The notes below the pieces were generated by a model. The model was not told where the DNA came from and ran no database searches. It saw nothing but the letters and a program-made list of their open reading frames with translations. Shown in pieces: positions 27,331 to 41,430 of a stretch of 64,000 nucleotides of DNA (position 1 is its first letter; every line of letters begins with the position of its first letter). The stretch comes from the human T2T-CHM13v2.0 reference genome, Homo sapiens, in NCBI RefSeq assembly GCF_009914755.1, contig NC_060929.1, one strand, 5' to 3'. The position numbers were made by a program, and so were the translations under genes.

Positions 27331-28346
27331 AAAAGTAACTGGATTTCATCAAAGGAGAGGTAAACACAAGTCTCAGCACACACCAGATCAAGATAAGGGC
27401 TCATAAATACCTAATGTAAACTGAAAGCATGGCCTGCTACCTTGGTAATGAATTTCTCCAAACTGCAGGTGTTTACACCCTGATGCCAATCCTTGATATT
27501 TAGTCTTACAATGGTTTATGTCTCATGGTATCAACTTCTAAGGTGCTAACCATGCAGACACTCAGGGAGTCAGTACATACATTTTGTACACACCCCAAGT
27601 GACTGATTGTCTCAGGTCACATGCCTCCTTTGCAGAAAGGGCTCCTCTAACCTTACAACACTGCTAACAACAGACTCTCTCTATCACACTTCCTTTATAT
27701 ACTTCCTAGCATTTGGCACTGTCCGGTTTCACCTTTCATATTAATTTGTTTACTTACTTATCCATTGCCTTTCCCACTGAAACATACACTGTATGACATT
27801 GGGGGAGGAGGGCAGAAAGGGAAGTCTGCCATGTTCACCACTGTAAACGAGGCTTTCAATAAATTTTTGTTGAAGTGGTTGTAGCTCCCGGAATACAGTA
27901 CTTAAAACATGAATCACTTCTTTAGACAGATAAGGCACTTTCCCTTAGACTGAAGGTTCAAGCATATTAAAATTCTGCCTCATGATTTATATGAGGAATT
28001 CTAGGTGGAAAGTACTTTACGGGATATGCAAGAAATGCATAAGAAGTTCTTGTCTCACACAGTTGACTCATCCATTGGCCAAAACAAATTTGTTTAGTAC
28101 TTTTATATGCTATATGTGATATAGAGGGGATTTAAAATTACTAATCTAGCAGGGGACATATAACTCAAACACAAATATCTACAATTAAGTTTAACTACAA
28201 CAGATACTGCAAATAAAATGAGATCTAAATCACAGACGGCAATAGTATAAAAACATTAATTTTCCCCAAAATAAATCTACAGAGTGGGTGAAGAATCAGT
28301 CAAATTCCAAGAGTATTTTTTACAGAACCCAATTTTAAGAAATGCA

Positions 28347-29185
28347 ACCATCAAAAAGTGGGCGAAGGATATGAACAGACACTTCTCAAAAGAAGACATT
28401 TATGCAGCCAAAAGACACATGAAAAAATGCTCATCATCACTGGCCATCAGAGAAATGCAAATCAAAACCACAATGAGATACCATCTCATACCAGTTAGAA
28501 TGGCCATCATTAAAAAGTCAAGAAACAACAGGTGCTGGAGAGGATGTGGAGAAATAGGAACACTTTTACACTGTTGGTGGGACTGTAAACTAGTTCAACC
28601 ATTGTGGAAGTCAGTGTGGCGATTCCTCAGGGATCTAGAACTAGAAATACCATTTGACCCAGCCATCCCATTACTGGGTATATACCCAAAGGATTATCAA
28701 TCATGCTTCTATAAAGATACATGCACACGTATGTTTATTGTGGCACTATTCACAATAGCAAAGACTTGGAACCAACCCAAATGTCCAACAATGATAGACT
28801 GGATTAAGAAAATGTGGCACATATACACCATGGAATACTATGCAGCCATAAAAAAGGATGAGTTCATGTCCTTTGTAGGGACGTGGATGAAGCTGGAAAC
28901 CATCATTCTCAGCAAACCATCTCAAGGACAAAAAACCAAACACCACACGTTCTCACTCATAGATGGGAACTGAACAATGAGAACACATGGACACAGGAAG
29001 GGGAACATCACACACCGGGGCCCGTTGTGGGGTGGGGGGAGGGGGGAGGGATAGCATTAGGAGATATACCTGATGTTGAATGACGAGTTAATGGGTGCAG
29101 CACACCAACATGGCACATGTATACATATGTAACAAATCTGCACGTTGTGCACATGTACCCTAAAACTTAAAGTATAATTAAAAAA
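28347..29185 (+). mobile_element. 5'-truncated L1PA
   Basis: ORF2 C-terminus ([18 protein letters not shown]); TSD AAGAAATGCA (28337-28346) / AAGAAGTGCA (29186-29195). Confidence 0.95.
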
Positions 29186-31784
29186 AAGAAGTGCATGTGA
29201 AAGAAAGTCCAAGAAAGAAAATCTGTTTTTTTAAAAAGAACAGATAAAAAGATATGTTTTTAAAAATAATACTAACATGTTAATTATGCCATAAAATACC
29301 AAGAAATTAATGAAATAAAATAGGCAAAACTTTTTAGACTGCAAGCAAAAATCTATTAGTGAATCAGGAAATCAACTTAATAGTTATCAACAGATTTGTT
29401 TTTTAATGGATTGGAGTAAAAGAGAAATTATCAGAGTATAACAAGCCTATTAGGTGTAGGTGTTATTCGATGAATATTCTGTTTCATATGTGTGTGAACA
29501 TGCAGTTGGTGCATCAGGTTGCAAAGTAAAATGTACTTCTTACTTTGGGAAGTACTTTAATAACTTTGTAAAACAATGTAACAGTAGAGAAACAGAACAG
29601 AGTTTGGGAACTGAAATATGATTAGAGTGCTATTTCAAAGCTATCAGGAAAAGGAGAACTATTCAGTTAAGAAAGTTGAGACGCTGGCTAACAGTACAAA
29701 ATAATAACCATAAAATTAGTTCCTTCTCACACACAAAACATAAAACTATATCATAAATGGGTTAAAAAGTGAAAGGTGGAAAAGTATGCAAATAATAGGA
29801 GGAAATATAATGAAACTTCTTCACAACTAAAAAACACCACATAAAAGTTTAAAGTTTAAAGTGGGAAAAAATATTCGCAACTTCTATAAAAAGTAAAAAT
29901 TCAGTATCCAAAATTTATGCCTACCTCATTTAAATTAATTCAAAAAATAAAATATAAGCCTAGTACGTGGGTCAGGGAAAGGGGCCAACTGTCAAGATGT
30001 TTTGAAGGCCAATCTGGAAGTATATGTTAAAATAAAGATGTGCATAATTTCTAACTGAGCAACTCTACTTTGTGGTATTTATCCTAGAGAAACATTCACA
30101 ATTATGCCCAGAGAGATATATGTAGGGTATCCCTTGCTACATGGTTTATAACAAAAAAATATATTAGCCAACTAGGGTCCATTAGGAAAAAAATGTCTAA
30201 GTAAGCTGGTGTATTTATACTGTGCATACAAATTAAAAAAAAAAAAAGCTAGATTCATATGCAATATGACTAGATCTCCAAAAACTAATGTTGAATGACA
30301 AAAATCAATTTTCAGAATACATATGGACTAATAGCACTAAAACTAAAGAAAACAAACAATACTAGTTTTTATGGATGCACACATGCACACACACACATAC
30401 ACAGCATGGGAAAGAAACACATTGAACAGCGTATACCATTGTAAAAGAGGAGAAGAGAAGAGAGACAGAAATGGTGGGTAATTCAATGAGACTTGAAACT
30501 CATCAGTCACATTTTTTATTTCACCTCCTGAAGTTCTATTTGGATATTTTTTGAACCTGCTTTGTCTTTTTAAAAAACAGTATAATATTCATTCTCATGT
30601 TTTTGATATTTATTTCTCTACCTAGTATTTTCTATAATCTGAAGCTCTGGAATGTCTAATCCTACTGCTCCTTAGCTCTGTTAGGGACTGTGTGCTTGTT
30701 TTTTATATTTTTGTTTTGTGACATGTTGAGACATGTAACAGCAGGGATTATGTCACCAGGATGGACAATGCATTCTTCCACAGAGGGTTTTTCATTGCTT
30801 TCCTGTGGAAGTACTACCTGCCAGGGTCATTTTTGTGTTATTTCTCAGCTCGGAGGCTCCTGTACAGTATAATGCAGGTAATGTAAATTTGCAATTTAAA
30901 CTGTTTTGAGGACAGGCCCATGTCTTTAAATAATAACGGAAATCTTTGGGGATTTGCAGGTTTAAAAAAATTATTTTTATTCACATTATTTTTAACTGGC
31001 AGGAAACACTGGGAATCTTTTGGTTTAAATGCCTAACAAAACTTTAAAAGAAATAAGCCAACTTGTCATCTTGTGCTGTCGGCTGATTTTCTTCCCTAAA
31101 TCAAACCTTTCCCTATATTTACAGCCTAGGAAGGATAGTTTTCTTCAGGTTTTCAGTTCCAACTCTCCTCCTTGCATGAACTCAAGGCCTTGTTTTTTAT
31201 ATTTTTGTAGCTCTTAAAACTCAAATATCTTGGCAACAAACACAGGAAACCTAACACAATATCAGTTAACGGGTTTCATGCCCTGATCACCAATTTTGAT
31301 CGGTAGAAACTTCTTTACTTTTGTGTACATTGCTATATATTTAAAAGAATGTTTACTGTATTTTAGATACTCGTAGGTGTGGCAGGAGGGTTTTCAGATT
31401 TTCTAATTTACTCTAATGCTGAAAATAATGTTTAATATTTTCAAAACAACTCATTTTTACTTGCAGAATTAAAATTTAACAAAAATACACTAAATACATA
31501 TCAGAGAAGCAGGAACATATGCGCTTCTCTGATATGTGCTTTATTGAAGATGGGATCTTGACTCCATTCTTAGAGAGAGGAAGGATTTGAACACCAGTAG
31601 GAGGGAGGGAAGAGACAGGTCCCACTTACAGAGTGTGAGGTCCTGTGCCTGTGATTCAGCACCATCATCTAACTTTATGGTGAGATTCTTTACTAAATGT
31701 TAATCACAAGATTATTAAATCATGTGTATTCCCAAGATAAGGGGATGGGAAACATGCAGGACTCTCATTTTTAATGTATAGAAC

Positions 31785-31985
31785 AGTGGGGATAATTTTC
31801 AAATGGGGAAAATTTTGTACCCCAGGGAATGTTTGACAATATCTGGAGACATATCCAGCTGTCATAACTTAGCAGGTGTCACTCACATCTAGTGGGTAAT
31901 GGCTAGGAATGGTGTTAAACAACCTACAATTCTGCAAACAACCTCCTATAACCAAGAATCATCCAGCCCCAAACATCAATACTTC
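31785..31985 (+). mobile_element. MER20-like DNA transposon remnant
   Basis: ccccagggaatgtttgacaatatctggagaca...aagaatcatccagcccc. Confidence 0.65.
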
Positions 31986-32821
31986 TGTTAATATAAACAA
32001 AAACAAAAAAAACTGATATTAAAAAAACAAAAGTTGATCGCAGCCACTGCCACTTGTGTTGCTATGGGTAGATCCCTCTTCCATCTTTACTTTCTCTGAC
32101 TCTCTATGAATGTTAGGCCTCAGTTTTTTTCTCTGTGCATCAACAGTCTACATATCAAGTTTGATGAGTACCTCTGAAAAAATATCCTAACACTTGCAGC
32201 ATTGGAGTCATGCTAGAATCTTTTCTGCAATAAAGTATTTTCACTTCTTTTCTTCTTCTCAATCTTCTCAATCACCTGCCCCTAGAATCTGAGTGGTCCT
32301 AACCTAGACCTCTTGCTGGCCGAGATTTAGACAATGTGGTTGTTTTTCCTTATCTTGACTAATCTTCCCGAATCTTACATTGTGCCTTAATTTGCACATC
32401 TGCACCTCTAATGTCTGCCTATATTATCTCCTTGGCTCACAAGGACCTTGTGGGAGAGCTGCTCACATCTCAACATGTAAATAAAATGTGCCTTTGGGTC
32501 AACACAGGAGAGGTGATTCCAACGTTAACAAGTTGGTCAAGGAAACTGTCAGCTGTTTATTTTTATTTCAATCTCTTCTGTTAAACTATAACACACTGAT
32601 TGAGCAACTAAACACTAATATGCAGAGAGGAAAAAAACAAAAAAAATATATTGTGGTAATACAAACAATACAATGAATTCCAAATACTATGGACATTGGA
32701 AAATTAAGTACAGTGATATAAAAATAGTCCATTACCAAAAGATCTGTTTTAAAACCTCTGAGAGCAGAAAAAATACTTTTAGTTTCAGTCAAGTCAATTA
32801 CTTTCACAAATTTATGATTAA

Positions 32822-33133
<312 letters not shown>

Positions 33134-33319
33134 TAAAGCAATAGCTTTATTACTAAATAAGCCTAGAAATAGCAATAAACCTAGAAAATAGCTTTATTTT
33201 CATTGTTTACTACATCATTTCAAAACTAATGTCATTCTTCTAAAAATAAATATACTTGATTTAATAATGCTGTTAAAAGAAACAAGTAACTGGGCATTAT
33301 GCCCAGAAAGAAAGGCTGC

Positions 33320-33555
33320 AAAGCATAATGGCTAATAGCACAGACTGGGCACCAAGCTGCCTGCATTGAAAACCATAAGCTCCAACTCAGGAACTGTGAT
33401 CCTGGTCAGTTCACTTCGCCTCTTTGTGCCTCTCTTTCCTCACCTGCAAATTACAAATAGTAATAGTACCCACCTCATTGAGCTGTTATAAGAATTAAGT
33501 TACTTAGAAATACAAACATGGTACATAGTCAACATCATGAGTTTGTTAATAATTA
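33320..33555 (+). mobile_element. MIR
   Basis: Core motif ctctttgtgcctc...ttcctcacctgcaaa...aatagtacccacctca. Confidence 0.7.
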
Positions 33556-34029
33556 GCAATATTTTAAAAATATTAAATAAGTAAGCTTTTATGAATCAAA
33601 AGCCATGTTTTCATTCTCCCAGGCACAAGAATCCATATGTTTTCCAGTCTCGAGAATCTTTGGATAAGTATGTATGTCAAGAGCCAGACCAAAATCTTTC
33701 TGGTCCAAAATTTACAATTAACGTATTGTATTTGAATCTCTCTACAAGATACATTTTATCCTAACAGAGAGATTAACTTCGACAATGGCCAGAGGGAAAG
33801 AGAAAATAATAAGTAACAACATAGAAATGTTATAAGTATTGTTTCTAGACAACAATGAATAATGATAAAATCAATATTGATACATATCAATGTTATGAAA
33901 ATATGAAAACACTCCATTTACAAATAGTAGGTTAAAAATCTTAACAGCAGTAAGAAGAAAGTCTATGGTTCATAAGGTAAAAATTGATAATCAGGAATTG
34001 GAGTTATCTTGTCATTTTCAACTAAATTA

Positions 34030-34445
34030 GAGTCCAGAGACCCAGTAAAAAAGAAAAAAAAAAAAAAAACACTTAGGACACAAAGCACCTGCCCGGGGCT
34101 AATACTGCAAGCTAGCTGCTGAAATGACCTGGTATAACTTTAAGACCAGTTTTACCTAGCAGCTTCTGAAACAAACCACCATGACTCTAAGACTAATTTA
34201 CCCACCACCATCACTCACCAGTCAGAACTTGTTAGCTCCCAAAAACTTTGCTAGTGCTAATGAGTTTTCTTCCAAAACAATATATAACATTTCTCTCTAA
34301 TAAAACCTCTAAACTTCTCTTTGGTTTTCAGTCATACTGAAGACCATTCCACTCTCTGTGTAAGCCCTGAACTCCAATTCTGTTCTACCAAATAAAACAT
34401 TTTGTTTAGAGATTCATCTCGATATTTTTATTTTACATTGACACT
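34030..34445 (+). mobile_element. Solo LTR-like element
   Basis: LTR-like composition with TATA/AATAAA and a ...gaca end; family not resolved. Confidence 0.45.
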
Positions 34446-34643
34446 AAAAATTATAAATATATCTTCAAATTTAAATTCTGTAGTTCAGCAAAGGTAGTTT
34501 CTAAGACCAAACTTTTTGATGGGAAGGCACTAGAGCAACAACCTACATGGAAATGTAACCATTCAGTGCCCAACTCTGAGATCTAATGTTTCTAAATTAA
34601 TGACAAATCTTTGTCAAAAACAAATCCAAAGTTAAATGAAGAC

Positions 34644-34871
34644 ATTATTATTATTATTATTATTATATTATTATTATTATTATTTGACAGAGTCTCACTC
34701 TGTCCCCCAGGCTGGAGTGCAGTGGCTCAACTTCGGCTCACTGAAACCTCCAACTCCTGGGTTCAAGTGATTCTCCTGCCTCAGCCTCCCAAGTAGCTGG
34801 GACTACAGGTGTCCACAACCATCCCCAGCTAATTTTTGTATTTGTAGTAGAGACAGGGTTTTGCCATGTTG
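34644..34871 (-). mobile_element. Partial Alu with (ATT)n tail
   Basis: Right arm and linker present; ends abruptly in the left arm. Confidence 0.88.
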
Positions 34872-35300
34872 GAGTTCCTTGCTTGCTTCTCCTTAGCACA
34901 GTGACTCATTTGATATCATCTTTAATTTCTCTGGCTAAAGGTTTTCCAACAGATACACAAATTCTCTTCTTGACCTAGAGTGATGTAATGGATGTACCAG
35001 CAAGAATTAATGAAAACATAAGAGTATCTGCAAATCAAAATTGATTCTCCCTTTTCTCAGGTATCCATTTTCTGGGGAGCCATTCTTAGCCTTGGCATGT
35101 CTGGTATATTTTCCTCCTTTGTGCGCCCCCAGTAAAACGTCCTCACCACATTAGATTCCCAGCTCACTACTGGTATGTTTTCCCACCAGGCCAGGAACAG
35201 GGATTACCACTTCGCAAAGCAAAAAGCAGTAGCTTTGTTTAAGAAAAATTGCTTAAACCCTTTTTTTCGAATTGCATTATTTGAAACATGATACATTTAC

Positions 35301-35384
35301 CAGTCAGTGATATGTTATGACTCTCCAAGGAAAAGTTATTTGCCATTATTTCTTCTCTGAGAGGTGGACTTGTAAAAGGCGAAT
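35301..35384 (-). CDS. EMB: Embigin exon 2 (DSPFTSPPLREEIMANNFSLESHNISLT)
   Basis: 84 nt; acceptor ttctttctcttatag|AT; donor CTG|GTAAAT; in frame with exons 1 and 3; too short for the ORF track. Confidence 0.96.
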
Positions 35385-35977
35385 CTATAAGAGAAAGAAC
35401 ACATGATTACACACTCTTATCAAGAGTAAATGACTATCTAAAAACTACTTTGAAACAGCTAAAACACTGTTGTGAACTATTAATGAAAAACTGTGTTTTC
35501 AGGAAGCTCAAAGTCTTATATACTTCAAAGACATTTAGAGATATATTAGGCTATTAAATGTGAAAAAAATTCTGATTTTTTTTCTTTTTTAACCTAAAAA
35601 TCCCTACTGACTTACATCAGATGGCTTTTTTTAAATAACGCCTTCCATTTTTATTCTACTATTATAGTTTCTTTACAAAACATAAATAAACTGAAGATAC
35701 CAAGGAATCAGATGAGAGAGCCAGAAAATGGAAAGATATGAAGAGGCAGAGAGAGAAGATGAAAGAAGAGCGACAGGCAGACCTTAATAAAGAGAATTAA
35801 AAAAAAAAATAGATAGCACTGGGCACCAGGGAACAGAGAAGATAAAATGGCTGACGGGCCAGTTTGGGTTGCTATTTGTTTTCTAGCTACGGTTACCAAG
35901 AGGCATGCCCTCTAACACCTGACTTTCAGTTTCCTCTGCCTCTGTCACTTCTCTCTCCTTTTGAAAACTTTAATTAA

Positions 35978-36350
<373 letters not shown>

Positions 36351-36770
36351 AACAACATGGCCTACTGTTCCTTTTATTTTAGAGTACCAGACCTTACCTT
36401 CCAGGAAACTACTCAAATATATCAAAGAAGTCAGAGAAGGGGGAAAAAAAGCTTATTATTGTAAACTTGGCTGCATTATTTAAATTAAATCCCATTCAAT
36501 TTAAATGAAACCTGAGCCATTTTTATTACACTTTTTAAAAATAATCTGCTCAGAAAGTTATTTCTAGTACAAGATTAGATTTCCAGTTCTTTCATTTTCT
36601 TATATGTAAAAGTTAGTGATCACTTTTGTTACTTTAGCTTTAGAACATTGCTTTTACAATATCGCCTAGTAAAATAACGTACCTAGCAGAACCTAACTCT
36701 CCAATAGGCTGTGTTCCAAAGGTTTAATCACTTCTAAAACAGCTTTAGAAGTTTAATGCACTTTCTAAAC

Positions 36771-36860
36771 CACCATGGCACATGTATACCTACGTAACAA
36801 ACCTGCACATTCTGCACATGTATCTCAGAACTTATAATAATTTTTAAAAAAAGAAAAAAA
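36771..36860 (+). mobile_element. Very short L1PA 3' tip
   Basis: caccatggcacatgtatacctacgtaacaaacctgcac plus A tail. Confidence 0.8.
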
Positions 36861-37119
36861 GTCCTTAAATAACATATTAAATCAGACTACCCTCTCACAA
36901 TGATTATATAGGAAAATATGTCCTGAGTTTCTCACTAGGCTATCAAGTATACAAAACCTTTCCTCCAGTCACATCTAGTATTCATTCATTCATTAATTCA
37001 TTCACTCATTCATTCATATTTGTACCCATATTCTCCCATTCTCCCTCTCCTCCCATCACCCTCCTTCTCTGTCTTTTCACCCCTTTTCTCTCTTCCTCTT
37101 CCCTCTCACCCTCCCCAAC

Positions 37120-37126
37120 TCTCTTT

Positions 37127-37179
<53 letters not shown>

Positions 37180-37190
37180 ATATACACACT
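37120..37190. repeat. Compound (TC)n(CA)n microsatellite
   Basis: Direct reading. Confidence 0.93.
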
Positions 37191-39942
37191 GCTTAAAAGA
37201 AAGGCTCCCATAAATATTATTTTCCTAATGAAAATTCCTTGTTTCCATTCTTGGGGCTAGCATACTTAGAGGTTATATTAAAGACAAAATATTTCAGGAA
37301 GATCAAGGCAGATGCTATTCACTTATGGACAGGAAGCCAGGCGGGGGTGGATGAGAAGGAAACCGCTATTCTACTATATCATCTGTTCTGTGAAGCCTGC
37401 AAAACGTAAGCTTTGATATCTTTGCTTTCCTCCCCAGGGATACCCCACTGTACAGCAGAATACAATCTTAAGGGTTCTTATTATACTCTTTATCCCTGAA
37501 ACAAGCCCATAACCTTTTTGAGATTTCCAGCATCATTTATTATTATGGTTCACAGTATCAGTAACAATAAGAGTGACATAAACTAAAGAAAAAATGCTTT
37601 CTGTCATTCTTATTCCTATTCCACTTAAGTAAGTGAATATACACAGTATCTCATGCACACTTGGTACCGATGGAGAATATGAAGCTGGGCAAACTTGGTC
37701 CTTAAAGGGCTATGTGGATCATAATAGTAGGGGTTTGGCCCATAATTTGAGATTGAGAGTCATTAAAATTTCGAGCAGCACCCATTAATGCATAGTATAT
37801 AACTATGCATTAATATATAACTGTATATATAGTTACAGTTATAGTCAGTATATAACTGACTATAGCCAGTATATTTTATACAAATTGGCACATGAGCTAG
37901 AGTATGAAGCCTGAGCCTGGAGGTGGAAGAAGGGTGAAGATAATTCCAGGAAGATGAGCTCCAATGCTGGGGCTATTCTCCCTTACTGATCACTAGGACT
38001 TGTCATGGATGGGCTCAACAGGGACCTGTGTTAGAACAAGGAGAGAAAATGAGTCTAAGTTTGGCTTTGGCAGAATCTAAGCTGATGACAGTTGAAGGAT
38101 AGGAAAGGAAGGAAACACCAAGTTTCCAGAGGTAGGGAAGTCTGGGTATTTCCAGAATATACTAGCTGTTGAGGCCATTTACAATTGCTGGCTCACATAT
38201 TAAAAATACAATCAGACATCCATAAACCAAACACCACCAGTACCTTAACTTCATATTCCCTTTAAGGCACTAATCTTGGTCAAGCTTCAGGTTCCACGGA
38301 AAAAGTGCCAAGTGCAAAAGAACACGTGTAACTGCTGTGTGACTTTTGCCTTGGGAAAAGTCCCTTAAAGAGGCAATATACAGAAATGCCTTAAGTGGAA
38401 AAGCAGGGCAACCTACAGAAGGTATTAGGACAGTAAAAGAAGTTCTTTGTTTAGGCAAGATTTTTTTAACCAAAAAAGTGAGAATGTAAACCTTATTGCT
38501 TTCAGTTGGAGGACAGCTGGCAGGAGGCTGATTCAGCTAACATTGGGGTTTAAAGGAAATTGGCAGGAGACTCAGGCAGATGTGGTTTGAATACTTCCCT
38601 AAAAGGATTAGGCTGAGTCACAAAAAGAAGTATAAAATGGAGAGGAAGGAATTTGGGGTCTTAATCCAAATTCTGTCACTGACTGTTACTTAGGGTTTCC
38701 AAACGCCATATGCCCAGCTCAGTGCTTTGAAAATATGTCTCCACTGTAAACCTCATCTGATAGGGAAAAAAAATGAGGATCAGAAAAGTTGTATAAATAT
38801 GAGTGATGATGCCAAGATCATAACATGCATTTCTCAAGTTATCAAACTCACCCTTTCTTAATCATTGCTGGAAAATTTCCATATAGCATTCTTTTACAGG
38901 TAGAGACAAAAATATCAACATGAAAGAGTAACATCAAATAGTTGCTCAAGAGATTAAAAGACTTTTTTCTCTCTTTGCAGGGCAGTTGAGGCATAAGACT
39001 ACTGCATCAAAGAAGTGAGTAACATCTTAATTTTCACCTGTTATAATTTTCTGTGAAATAGCAAAATGGTCTCTACTTAAATGTTTTTCACATATTATAT
39101 TTTAAAATGTGTTGCTAGAAGGGCATATAATTTATTCTATTAACACTTTCAAGTGAAATAAACATGCTATAATTCTACTTAAAGGTATTAAGGTAACATT
39201 TTCACATATTTCATTTTGAGGACTTCATTTAATTGAAGTAAGTTGGGAAGAAAAATAAGTAACACTAGAAAACTGCATTGGGTCTTAAGATTTGCTTTTT
39301 TAAATCAGGAAATAAATGCAACTACATCTCTGATTAAGAATAAACATTCTCTCTAAAGCCCCCAAAATCCCTTTATTATATGTTAAAATCTTGGAAGGGT
39401 CTGAACTTCATTAAGAAAAAAATGTAAGAAGCAACTATTAGAATAAATATTATTCTTTATCTTTCTCATCTCTATACTGATTGCTATCAACATGCAGTAC
39501 TTAATTTTAACATTCTGATATACAGCATTATAAATGTGCAACCCAATTACAGAAACACTGATAGGAATGAATATTACATATTATTCATAAAATAGAGATT
39601 TGGAAATAAGAATATATTTCTTCATGGAAGCAATGTTATATATAACCATGTGATCCCATGCCAAATTGTAAAGGCCACTTAAGCCATGATATGGTTAAAA
39701 CTTAGCTTTAAAATACCTAATTACTAAGTAAAATACTGATTATACACAACACATGGAGAATTATGGGTTTTAGGAGCAGAGTAGCCCTATCCCCTGTCCA
39801 TAAATGCAGCAGAAAGAGGAAAAAGGAAATAAGGCATCTCTGAGTCCTGGAAATTATACTCCAGAGAGATTCATCCAAAAAAGAAGAAAAACAAGTAAAA
39901 AAAAAAAAAAAAAAAAAGCTTGTCAAAAAATTCTAGTTATCA

Positions 39943-40274
<332 letters not shown>

Positions 40275-40727
40275 TCAGACTTTCTAAGTCAGAGACAGAT
40301 AACACTCCACACAGAGAACTCTTGAACTCTTGATATTTTCTGCACAGTATGGAAGCTATTGGACAAGAAGCCTTTACAGACAAGGTTTTTTTTTTAAGGC
40401 CTACTGACAAGTACAATGCACACTTTTACCAGTCTTGTAAAACTATTTTAAAAACCAGATGGTATAGGAATGGAAATAAATAGATCTCTTTAAAAAAGAT
40501 ATAATTTTGGCAATAATATACGTTTCAAAGGGCAATGTAAAAATTCTGTTTCAAATCACCTCTACATGGGTCACTAAGATACTTTAACAGTAACTTATGC
40601 CAAATAAAAACTTATTAAAAAATAAAACCCCGAAAGTTAATAACTAAGATTTCTATTCTTTCTAAAGACTGTAGATTTGTTAAATGTTTCAATTGTTAGT
40701 CTATTCGATAAGAGTTGGGATTTTGTT

Positions 40728-41430
40728 CAGTGGCTCTCAACTGAGGGTAGTTTTGCCCCGCAGGAGACATTTGGCAATGTCTGAAAGCATTTTGCTTGTC
40801 ACAATTGGGGGAAGATTACTACATTTATTTAGTAGGTTATATAAGTTTTCATAACAAATTACCACAAATTAGGTGTCATAACAAATGACTACAAATTTGG
40901 TGGCAAAAACAACAAAAGTGTATTCTTTCACAGTTCTGGAGGCCAGGAGTCTGAAATCAAGGTGTTGGCAGGACCTTCCTCCTCTGAACTCTTGAGTGAA
41001 GAATCCTTCCTTGCCTCTGCCTAGCATCTGGGAGTTGCTGGCAACCTTGGCATTCCTTGGCTGTTGGTAGCTGCATTAGTCCAATATCTGCCTCTGTCTT
41101 TACATGATCATCCTCCCTCTGTATATGTCTCTGTCTCTGTTCAAATCTCCTTCTCCTTTTTTTATAAAGACCAGTCATTAGGTTTAGGGCTTACTCTAAT
41201 TTAGTATGACCTTATTTTAGTTCATTACATCTGCAAAGACCCTACTCCCAAATAAGGTCACTTTCACAGGTACCCAAGATCAGGGATTAAACATATCTTT
41301 TTGGGGTGTACAATTCACCCACCGCATATGTAGAGGCCAGGGATACTGCTAAACATTTTAGGATAACAGCTTGCCACGACAAAGAATTATCCAGCGGAAA
41401 ATGCCAACAGTACCAAAGTTGAAAACCTTG
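40728..41430. mobile_element. MER20 DNA transposon interrupted by an MLT1 (MaLR) LTR at ~40838-41325
   Basis: MER20-like ends (cagtggctctcaac...; gtagaggccagggatactgctaaacat) around MLT1 motifs (cacagttctggaggccaggagtctgaaatcaagg). Confidence 0.75.

Noticed and set aside
28284-28973. 229-aa ORF as a novel gene
   Set aside because: It is the ORF2p C-terminus of a truncated L1 with a non-ATG start in flanking DNA.
35095-35225. GC-richer patch next to exon 2 as an snRNA pseudogene
   Set aside because: I could not align it convincingly to U1 or any other snRNA from memory.
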